Shown here: positions 1 to 6,672 of the stretch, piece after piece
How the letters are laid out: every line of letters starts with the position of its first letter
How positions within the stretch are numbered: the stretch's first letter is position 1
Assembly (NCBI GenBank): GCA_027050205.1
Contig: JALUCS010000074.1
Span: forward strand, 1-12,349
Direction: 5' to 3'
Length of the DNA: 12,349 bases
DNA from: a candidate division WOR-3 bacterium
Lineage (GTDB): Bacteria; Hydrothermota; Hydrothermia; LBFQ01
The notes under the pieces: model-generated
Databases searched by the model: none
What the model saw: only the letters and a program-made list of their open reading frames with translations
Told to the model about the DNA's origin: nothing
Made by a program: the position numbers and the translations under genes

Positions 1-211
1 CCACCCCGTCCCCCACCTCAACGACCGTACCGGCGTACTCGTGGCCGAAGGGTCCCCTCCCTATCAGGTGATGCCCCCGTAGGAGGGCCTTGAGGTCGGT
101 CCCGTCCGTCAGGGCGTACTCCACCTTTATCACCACCTCCCCCTCACCCGCCCTGGGCCTCTCCGTCTCTATCACCTTAACCTCGCCGTTATATACTATG
201 GCTGCCCTCAC
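1..211 (-). CDS. Zinc-binding medium-chain dehydrogenase (MDR; threonine/sorbitol dehydrogenase-like), N-terminal part, runs off the window
   Basis: Not in the ORF track; translated by hand from GTG at 211: MRAAIVYNGEVKVIETERPRAGEGEVVIKVEYALTDGTDLKALLRGHHLIGRGPFGHEYAGTVVEVGDGV. Has the GEVVIKV, xGTD and GHExAGTVVEVG motifs of the ADH_N domain. Start overlaps the waaA stop (GTGA). Confidence 0.9.
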   Translation of the reverse strand, partial: MRAAIVYNGEVKVIETERPRAGEGEVVIKVEYALTDGTDLKALLRGHHLIGRGPFGHEYAGTVVEVGDGV

Positions 212-1320
212 CCTCCGATTCTACGGACGAGTTCCGAGAAGACCCTATCAACCACCCCCCTGTTCCTCTCGTAGAACTCCCGCGCCCTCCTACCTATCTC
301 AAGGGCCACTTCGGGCTTCAGGAGTAGGCCGAGGAGCATCTGGGCCAGCTCCTCGTAGGTCCTGACCACCACAACCGCCCCGTACTTGACCATATCCCCC
401 ACGTAGGGCTGCCTGTGGAAGTAGGGGCCGCTAAGGATGGGCTTACCCCAGTACGCCGGTTCTATGAAGGAGTGGCCACCGTAGGGACGCAGCGTGCCGC
501 CGACGAAGACGACGGAGGCCCATCTGTAGAGGCTCCAGAGGTCTCCGATGGTGTCCACTACAAGGACGTCGGTGTCGTCCGGATCCGTCAGGTAGGACAC
601 CGTAAAGCCCTGTCTCCGGAAAGCCGAGGATACGTTGCCGACGTTCTCAAGGTGGCGGGGGGCGACCATCACCCTGAAGCCGGAGACGTTCCGCCTTACC
701 AACCTCGTAGCCTCGGCTATGTCTCCTATCTCCCTACCCCTGACGTTGGCGAAGAGTATAGCCCCGGCGGGCTGGAAGGGGCGGAGGTCCAGAGCCTTTA
801 TAGGCCTTTCAACGGCGTCAAACTTGAGGTTCCCCACCACCTTTACCTCCCGCGCCCCAAGGGAGGCGTACCTTAGGGCGTCCCCTTCGCTCTGGGCGAG
901 GACGAGGTCCACCTTCCCTATCACCTCCCTGAAGAGCTTCAGCCTCCTGTACCACCTGTAGGCTTTCTCCCCTACGGTGGCGTTTACGATGAAGACGGGT
1001 AGCCCCTCCTCCTTGCTTATGGAGATGAGGTTGGGCCATATCTCCGTCTCCACAACGACGAGGGCCTCTTTCCCCTTGGTCATACGGCGAACACACCGGG
1101 GGGAATCCAAGGGGAACCTTACCGCCCTAAGGCCGAGGGATAGGGCGTACTCGTAGCCGCTGCCAGTGAAGACGGAGAGGACGGCGTCCGGGAACTTCCT
1201 TATCAGGGGTAGGGCGGCGTTCACCTCCCCTACGGAGGAGGCGTGAAAGAGCAACCTCCCCGGAGCCTCCGGACACCTCACAGGCAGGAGGGAGGTCAGG
1301 GCGCGGTAGAGTCCGTACAA
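208..1320 (-). CDS. waaA: 3-deoxy-D-manno-octulosonate (Kdo) transferase
   Basis: Motifs FHASSVGE, FPLD, VVETEIWPNLI, GNLKFD, APRHLE, DTIGDL, VFVGGTL and GGHSFIEPA are characteristic of WaaA/KdtA (GT30). The longest in-frame start is TTG 1320; the true start may be ATG 1349 (see findings). Confidence 0.95.
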   Translation of the reverse strand: MYGLYRALTSLLPVRCPEAPGRLLFHASSVGEVNAALPLIRKFPDAVLSVFTGSGYEYALSLGLRAVRFPLDSPRCVRRMTKGKEALVVVETEIWPNLISISKEEGLPVFIVNATVGEKAYRWYRRLKLFREVIGKVDLVLAQSEGDALRYASLGAREVKVVGNLKFDAVERPIKALDLRPFQPAGAILFANVRGREIGDIAEATRLVRRNVSGFRVMVAPRHLENVGNVSSAFRRQGFTVSYLTDPDDTDVLVVDTIGDLWSLYRWASVVFVGGTLRPYGGHSFIEPAYWGKPILSGPYFHRQPYVGDMVKYGAVVVVRTYEELAQMLLGLLLKPEVALEIGRRAREFYERNRGVVDRVFSELVRRIGG

Positions 1321-1355
1321 ACTGCCGAGATTCTACGGATGGCATCCATCCCCTT

Positions 1356-1362
1356 TAAAATA
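1356..1362. promoter_or_regulatory. Overlapping divergent -10 elements for tRNA-Ser/prs (+) and waaA (-)
   Basis: TAAAAT on + (1356-1361) lies 13 nt before the tRNA; TATTTT on - (1362-1357) lies 7 nt before ATG 1349. No convincing -35 found. Confidence 0.45.
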
Positions 1363-1374
1363 GCCACCCTAAAC

Positions 1375-1461
1375 GGAGAGGTGCCCGAGCGGCCGAAGGG
1401 GCGCGATTCGAAATCGCGTGTCCCCGCAAGGGGACCGTGGGTTCAAATCCCACCCTCTCCG
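1375..1461 (+). tRNA. tRNA-Ser, anticodon CGA; CCA not encoded
   Basis: Acceptor GGAGAGG/CCTCTCC with discriminator G; D arm with GG; anticodon arm CGCGA-TTCGAAA-TCGCG; long variable arm GTCCCC-GCAA-GGGGAC; T arm GTGGG-TTCAAAT-CCCAC. Followed by CTT, not CCA. Confidence 0.97.
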
Positions 1462-1463
1462 CT

Positions 1464-2411
1464 TTGGCGATAAAGGTCCTCGGAGGGAACTCCAACCCCG
1501 TAGTCCTGCGTGGTATATGCGCGCACCTCGGCATAGAGCCGACCAAGCATTTTGTCGGCAGGTTCTCCGACGGTGAGATAAGGGTTCAGATAGAGGAGAG
1601 CGTACGGGGACACGACGTCTTCATTGTGCAGTCTACCAACCCTCCCGCCGAGAACCTCCTTGAGCTTCTCCTGATAGCCGACGCCGCCCGCAGGGCCTCG
1701 GCCGCTCGCGTAACGGCCGTCATCCCCTACTTCGGGTACGCCCGTCAGGACAGGAAGGACCGTCCGAGGGTCCCCATATCCGCCAAACTCGTCGCCAACC
1801 TCATAGAGGCCTCCGGTATAGACAGGCTCCTGACGGTAGACCTCCACGCCGACCAGATTCAGGGCTTCTTCAACATCCCTGTAGATAACCTCTACGCCAC
1901 CCCGATATTCCGGGAGCATTTCCTGAAGCTCTTCCCGGAGGGGCTGGATCCGGAGAGGTGGGTGGTGGTGTCCCCCGACGTCGGCGGCATAAAGAGGGCG
2001 AGGCTGATAGCCGAGAAGCTCTGGAACCTCCCCCTCGCCATGGTGGATAAGCGGAGGCCCAGACCCAACGTCTCCGAGGTGGTGAACGTCATCGGGGAGG
2101 TGGAGGGGAAGGAGGTCCTGCTTGTGGACGACATCATAGACACGGGGAACACCATAGCCAACGCCTCCCACGCCCTGATTGAGAGGGGGGCCAAGAGGGT
2201 CCTGGTGATGGCGACACACGGCCTGTTCTCCGGGAGGGCGAGGGAGATTTTGAGCGAGGCCCCCATTGAGAGCATCCTGATAACCAATACGGTCTTCCGC
2301 CGGGAGAGGGCACTACCGGACAGGACGGAGGTCTTGGACATCTCCGGCCTCCTCGCCGAGGCTATAAAGCGAATACACAGCGGCGGGTCCGTCTCCGCCC
2401 TCTTCCTCTAA
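1464..2411 (+). CDS. prs: Ribose-phosphate pyrophosphokinase (PRPP synthetase, class I)
   Basis: Motifs FSDGEI, ESVRG, PYFGYARQDRK, DLHADQIQGFF, VVSPDVGG, VDKRR, DDIIDTGNT, ATHGLFS. The track start at 1437 lies inside the tRNA; in-frame TTG 1464 gives MAIKVLGGNSN, a normal Prs N-terminus. Confidence 0.97.
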   Translation: MAIKVLGGNSNPVVLRGICAHLGIEPTKHFVGRFSDGEIRVQIEESVRGHDVFIVQSTNPPAENLLELLLIADAARRASAARVTAVIPYFGYARQDRKDRPRVPISAKLVANLIEASGIDRLLTVDLHADQIQGFFNIPVDNLYATPIFREHFLKLFPEGLDPERWVVVSPDVGGIKRARLIAEKLWNLPLAMVDKRRPRPNVSEVVNVIGEVEGKEVLLVDDIIDTGNTIANASHALIERGAKRVLVMATHGLFSGRAREILSEAPIESILITNTVFRRERALPDRTEVLDISGLLAEAIKRIHSGGSVSALFL

Positions 2412-2527
2412 GGACACCCTATAAGAGTTCCGCCGTTTTGCAAACCTCCGCATTTTGCTAAACGAACGCGACGTTGGGGTGGATTATCCCTCTATCAGCG
2501 TAATCTCCCGTTGTCTCCTTTCGAACG

Positions 2528-2552
2528 AAAAAAACCCCGCCCGGAGGCGGGG
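2528..2552 (-). terminator. Intrinsic terminator downstream of ino1
   Basis: On - strand: CCCCGCC-TCCG-GGCGGGG followed by 7 T, starting 26 nt after the ino1 stop. Confidence 0.9.
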
Positions 2553-2578
2553 TATCTGCAGCCCGGCGCTGGGCCGTA

Positions 2579-3697
2579 CTACTTCTTGGCTTCCTTCTTT
2601 CCGCCCTTCTTGTCCCTGATGGAGTACTTCTCTATCCACTCCTCAAGCCGGCGGCGGGCCTCCCAGTCGGGTATCTGGATGGGGGGCGTCTTCATGAAGT
2701 ACGCCGAAGGCTCCACTATGGGACCGGCCAAGCCGTTGTCCTTGGCCAGCTTGGCGGCCCTTATGGCGTCTATCATAACGCCGGCGGAGTTGGGGCTGTC
2801 CCAGACCTCCAGCTTCACCTCAACGTTGAGGGGTACGTTTCCGAAGGTGGTACCCTCCATGCGGATGTAGGCCCACTTCCTGTCCTTGAGCCACGGGATG
2901 TAGTCCGAAGGCCCGACGTGGATGTTGTCGTCCCCTATATCGTACGGTAGGAGAGACCTGACGGCGTTCGTCTTGGATATCTTCTTGGAGTGGAGCCTCT
3001 CCCTCTCCAACATGTTGAGGAAGTCGGTGTTCCCGCCGAAGTTTATCTGGTAGGTCCTCTCAAGCTTCACGCCGCGGTCTATGAAGAGCTGGACGAGGGT
3101 CCTGTGGAGGATGGTGGCCCCCACCTGGGACTTGATGTCGTCCCCTATAACGGGAAGGCCGGCGTCTTTGAACCTCTTGCCCCAGTAGTCAGACGTGGCT
3201 ATGAAGACGGGTATGCCGTTGACGAAGGCGGCTCCGGCCTGAAGGACCTGCTCAACGTACCACTTGGTGGCCTCCTCGCTCCCTACGGGCAGGAAGTTCA
3301 CGACCACGTCTACGCCGAGGTCCTTGAAGATCTTGGCTATGTCGTCCGTGGGACCGGGGGCCTTGACGATGACGTCCTTCAGGTACTTCCCTATGCCGTC
3401 GTGGGTCATCCCCCTATACACCTTGGCGTTGAGCTTGGGGACGTCCGTGAACTTGTAGGTGTTGTTGGGGGGGGCGAAGATGGCCTCGGAGAGGTCCTTA
3501 CCCACCTTGCGGGCGTCTATATCAACACCGGCAACGAACTCTATATCGCTTATGTGGTAGCCTCCGAAATCAACGTGCATTATTCCGGGGATGAAGTCGC
3601 CCGGCTTCGCGTTCCTGTAAAAGTAAACACCCTGTACGAGGGCGGAGGCGCAGTTCCCCACGCCTATTATAGCAACCCTTATCTTTTCCTTTGCCAT
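2579..3697 (-). CDS. ino1: myo-Inositol-1(3)-phosphate synthase
   Basis: [18 protein letters not shown]ossmann motif, [50 protein letters not shown] and SAYFMK match the short prokaryotic MIPS family. Confidence 0.97.
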   Translation of the reverse strand: MAKEKIRVAIIGVGNCASALVQGVYFYRNAKPGDFIPGIMHVDFGGYHISDIEFVAGVDIDARKVGKDLSEAIFAPPNNTYKFTDVPKLNAKVYRGMTHDGIGKYLKDVIVKAPGPTDDIAKIFKDLGVDVVVNFLPVGSEEATKWYVEQVLQAGAAFVNGIPVFIATSDYWGKRFKDAGLPVIGDDIKSQVGATILHRTLVQLFIDRGVKLERTYQINFGGNTDFLNMLERERLHSKKISKTNAVRSLLPYDIGDDNIHVGPSDYIPWLKDRKWAYIRMEGTTFGNVPLNVEVKLEVWDSPNSAGVMIDAIRAAKLAKDNGLAGPIVEPSAYFMKTPPIQIPDWEARRRLEEWIEKYSIRDKKGGKKEAKK

Positions 3698-3705
3698 GAG
3701 CGGGT

Positions 3706-3733
3706 ATTATACTGGCGAAAGGTCCAAACTCAA
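3706..3733 (-). promoter_or_regulatory. Sigma70-type promoter for ino1, probably leaderless
   Basis: TTGAGT (3733-3728), 16-nt spacer, perfect TATAAT (3711-3706), 8 nt, ATG 3697; no Shine-Dalgarno. Confidence 0.6.
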
Positions 3734-4965
3734 ATCGCCCAAGAGGCCCAAACGTAGATTCCGTACCTCCCGTTCTGGTTGTAGCCTTCAATCCCCACCC
3801 GCCTACGTATGTGGAGGCCGGCCGCCACGCGGTACCCCACCTCGGAGGTTATGAGGCGGGAGGATAGGACGCTCTCGTAGATAGGTATTCCGTCCTCCGC
3901 GAAGGCGTAGGCCCTGAACCATCCCCACCCCCACCTGTACCCTCCCCACATACACCCATTGCAGAGGCCAAATTCAACGTTTTGGACGTACAGCCTGAAC
4001 CTCCACACCTCGTAGTACTCCAACCTTAGGCCGTACCCCTCCCCTGAAAGGGAGAGGGAAACCCTCCTCCTCCTGTCCGACAGGTAGGCCCTTACGAGGT
4101 ACCTCTTCAGAGGAACGGAGAACCATACGGCGTACGATTTGGAGAAACTCCCCTCACTCCAGACCCTTTCCCCTTTGACGTACCGGAGGCGGAAACCTAT
4201 CCCGTTCCTGTAGGCTGCTATCCCGAATCCGGTCCCTTTGCGGGAGAGGGCCGACTCAAGGACCACGGGACCGTACCTCAAGTAGCCTACGCCTTCCATC
4301 TCCCCCCTCCACGTGCGGGCAAGGAGAAGACCTCCCTCCCTTCCGGATACGCCGAAGATGAGGCCGACGGTGTCCAACTTGGCCGTCCATAGGCCAACGC
4401 TTAGGGCTAGAGACGGGGGGGCGTAGGGGCTGTATCGGAGACCCCACCCTCCGGTATAGAAGCCGCCGTATCCAGAGAAGCCGAGGGGGGAGGCGAGTAC
4501 GTAGTTGCCAGCAGCGATACGGACGAAACCCCCGTACTCTATGGCTACAGCCTGCCTACTTCGGGAGAGGTAGAGACGGTTCAGGTACTTCCCCTCCCTA
4601 CCTTTGAAGCTTAACACCCCCTCCCCTTTGCCATCCCTTAGGCCACCCCTGACGAAGAGGGCGTAGTACCTTTCTTCGTTGCCGAAGAGGAGGATGCCCT
4701 TGATGGCATGGGAGACGGTCCAGGGGAGGCCAGACCTCCTTACGAAGTCCTCCCATCCGTAGTAGGGCCGGTGTTTGAGGATGCTGTCTATCTGGGCAGG
4801 GGTTAGGAAAGGGAAGGCTTCTAACTCCTCCCTACCGCAGGAGTTTACGTCTATAGCTTGATAGACGTAGCCCTGAAAGGTTAGGACCTCCGAAGTATCG
4901 GGGACGAAGGGGAGGAAGGCCCACACGCCCCATTCTACGGGGGAGACCCCCTCCCCTGTCCTCAC
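3730..4965 (-). CDS. Helix-hairpin-helix (ComEA-like) domain protein with probable outer-membrane beta-barrel
   Basis: IDVNSCGREELEAFPFLTPAQIDSILKHRPYYGWEDF resembles the ComEA/HHH_3 module. The rest is Gly/aromatic-rich with alternating amphipathic strands, ending RYGIYVWASWAI. Start uncertain: GTG 4965 (GTGA overlap) or GTG 4926. Confidence 0.7.
   Translation of the reverse strand: MRTGEGVSPVEWGVWAFLPFVPDTSEVLTFQGYVYQAIDVNSCGREELEAFPFLTPAQIDSILKHRPYYGWEDFVRRSGLPWTVSHAIKGILLFGNEERYYALFVRGGLRDGKGEGVLSFKGREGKYLNRLYLSRSRQAVAIEYGGFVRIAAGNYVLASPLGFSGYGGFYTGGWGLRYSPYAPPSLALSVGLWTAKLDTVGLIFGVSGREGGLLLARTWRGEMEGVGYLRYGPVVLESALSRKGTGFGIAAYRNGIGFRLRYVKGERVWSEGSFSKSYAVWFSVPLKRYLVRAYLSDRRRRVSLSLSGEGYGLRLEYYEVWRFRLYVQNVEFGLCNGCMWGGYRWGWGWFRAYAFAEDGIPIYESVLSSRLITSEVGYRVAAGLHIRRRVGIEGYNQNGRYGIYVWASWAI
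4940..4956 (-). terminator. GC-rich stem-loop just after the FG-GAP gene stop; no U-tract
   Basis: GGGGAG-ACCCC-CTCCCC on +, starting 5 nt after the stop at 4962. Could be a weak terminator or a 3' stabilising hairpin. Confidence 0.4.
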
Positions 4966-6581
4966 CTCACTATGACGCTCTCGGTGTGGCTACCGGCCTT
5001 TATGAGGTAGGTTCCGGGTTTGAGGTTTATACGCACCTTGCCGTCGGAGCGCACCCTCCTGACGAGGTTCCCTCCGGAGCGGTATATCTCAACTTCACCC
5101 CTGTACCCCTCTACAACGACGGAACCGTCCTCCACCCTGATGCTGAAGCTCTGGGCAGCGACGGGTTTCTCCTCCGTACCGAGGTCCTGGTCTCCGTTGC
5201 CGTAAATGGCAGCGTTGCACACCCACTGGGATACGAAGCAGGAGGCGTCCCCGAACACCAGCTGGAGGCTGCTGCTCGTCAGACGAGATACGATGAGGTC
5301 GCTGGTTATGGAATAGGGAGCGGTGCCGGAACCCGTCCAGACCCTACCGCCCCAACCGTTGGCACTTGACCACGCGACCGGCTGGACACAGGCCAGGACC
5401 ACGTCCCATATACCGTCGGCATCTATGTCGGCCACCGTAGGGGCGGAGCATCCCTCGGTACTCTCGGTGAAGGTGGCTATTATGCTGCCGCTCTGGCCGT
5501 CTATGACCGTTACGTTGCCGCTCGTGCCGGAAACGTTGTTGACCACGACGTCGTAGAGGCCATCGCCGTCAAGGTCGCCCATAGCACCCGCCCTGTTGCT
5601 GGGTGCGGAGACCGTCCAGAGCGGGGTCCAGGTGGGTACATCGTAAGCGGCCACACAGGAGCCTCCCCTGACGACGAGCTCATCGGCCCCATCACCGTCC
5701 AAGTCCCAAGCCATCAGTGCGGAGGACATAGCCGAATACCACCCCTCCTCGTTCCCTATGAGGGTGCCGTTGAAGCCGCAGGGTGCCGAGCCGGTCCAGA
5801 GGAGGGTGCCGGTGGCGGCGTTGTAGCACCTTACGGTGTTGTTCTGTAGGGGTACGCACACCTCCCAGTTGCCATCGCCGTTGAAGTCGCCGATTACGGG
5901 GTCTCCGCCCTCGTCCGGTAAAGTGGCCCTCCAACTGTAGGACCAACTGCTGATGTTCTCCCTAAACATATAGAGGTCCCGGTCCTGGACCCAGTAGATC
6001 TCGGCTATGCCATCGCCGTCTATGTCTATGATGGTCATGTTGGACCTCTCGTCCTCGTCGTCGTCCTCACCGAAGCCGTGCCTGAAGGACTCGTTGCAGT
6101 TGAAATCTATCTTGACGATGTAGGCCTCCCAGTCGTCCCATGGCCAATCCGGCTCCTCGGCCGCCGGACAGAAGCCCACACCGTTCGTGGTGAGGACGCA
6201 CTCCCCCGTTCCGTAGTCCGGCCATATCTGGCTGTCGCAGAGCGCCCTCCCTATGTCTGCCCCGTCCAACCAGGTGTTGGGTCCTCCGGCTAACCAACCC
6301 CTGTCCTCGCCGGTGTAGAAGATGTCGGTAGTGTCGTCCCCGTCCTTGCGGGCGGTGGTAACGTAGAGGTTGGCGTTGTTATCGTCCTCACGGGAGCGGG
6401 TTTTGGCCACCGTCGCCGGCGTGCTGCACCTCCAGGGTGCCTTCGCCGTCTTCTTGTAATCGTGCCTACCCTGACGCCACTCCGGATCCAGCGGGCCGTA
6501 AGGCTCGTAAGACTGGGCCAACAGCCCGCCCAACCATCCCACCATCAACCCTACGGTGAAGATGCCTCTTAAGAACCTCAT
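4962..6581 (-). CDS. Secreted FG-GAP/VCBS-type Ca2+-binding beta-propeller protein with T9SS-like C-terminal sorting domain
   Basis: ATG 6581 has AGGAGG 5 nt upstream and gives a Sec signal (MRFLRGIFTVGLMVGWLGGLLA-QS). Five Dx(D/N)xDG loops: DIDGDG, DFNGDG, DLDGDG twice, DIDADG. Tail GTEEK...VEIYRSGGNLVRR...LKPGTYLIK...VIVR. Confidence 0.85.
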   Translation of the reverse strand: MRFLRGIFTVGLMVGWLGGLLAQSYEPYGPLDPEWRQGRHDYKKTAKAPWRCSTPATVAKTRSREDDNNANLYVTTARKDGDDTTDIFYTGEDRGWLAGGPNTWLDGADIGRALCDSQIWPDYGTGECVLTTNGVGFCPAAEEPDWPWDDWEAYIVKIDFNCNESFRHGFGEDDDEDERSNMTIIDIDGDGIAEIYWVQDRDLYMFRENISSWSYSWRATLPDEGGDPVIGDFNGDGNWEVCVPLQNNTVRCYNAATGTLLWTGSAPCGFNGTLIGNEEGWYSAMSSALMAWDLDGDGADELVVRGGSCVAAYDVPTWTPLWTVSAPSNRAGAMGDLDGDGLYDVVVNNVSGTSGNVTVIDGQSGSIIATFTESTEGCSAPTVADIDADGIWDVVLACVQPVAWSSANGWGGRVWTGSGTAPYSITSDLIVSRLTSSSLQLVFGDASCFVSQWVCNAAIYGNGDQDLGTEEKPVAAQSFSIRVEDGSVVVEGYRGEVEIYRSGGNLVRRVRSDGKVRINLKPGTYLIKAGSHTESVIVR

Positions 6582-6586
6582 AGTTT

Positions 6587-6662
6587 CCTCCTTCTCCGTT
6601 ATTATAAGCCCGAATCGGGGGAGACGTTGTCGCCCCTTGGACAACGGTGTCAGGATTAGAAT
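6587..6662. promoter_or_regulatory. Divergent promoter region between the FG-GAP gene and the symporter
   Basis: Minus strand: TATAAT 6606-6601 and SD AGGAGG 6592-6587. Plus strand: TAGAAT 6657-6662. Inverted repeats at 6609-6619 and 6625-6646. Confidence 0.55.
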
Positions 6663-6672
6663 TATTGGTTTT

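Noticed and set aside
415..961. Plus-strand ORFs opposite waaA (415-876, 635-961)
   Set aside because: Antisense shadows of a GC-rich gene; no motifs.
1441..1461. tRNA 3' end as an integration site
   Set aside because: No second copy and no integrase seen in the window; prs follows directly.
1243..1546. ORFs 1243-1473 and 1355-1546, and the prs extension from 1437
   Set aside because: They run through the tRNA; ERVGFEPT and GSNPTLSA are classic translated-tRNA artefacts.
1443..2341. Minus-strand ORFs of 258 and 149 aa
   Set aside because: Antisense to prs; explained by codon bias.
3467..3474. G8 tract in ino1 (also G7 at 8885-8891 and A7 at 9969-9975) as phase-variation or slippage sites
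   Set aside because: Frames are intact, tracts are short and explained by Ala-Pro-Pro, Trp-Gly-Gly and Ala-Lys-Lys codons.
2990..3757. 255-aa plus-strand ORF
   Set aside because: Antisense shadow of ino1.
6556..6672. Track N-terminal extensions of the symporter (6556) and FG-GAP gene (6644) implying overlapping divergent genes
   Set aside because: Better starts at 6673 and 6581 leave a normal 91-nt promoter region.
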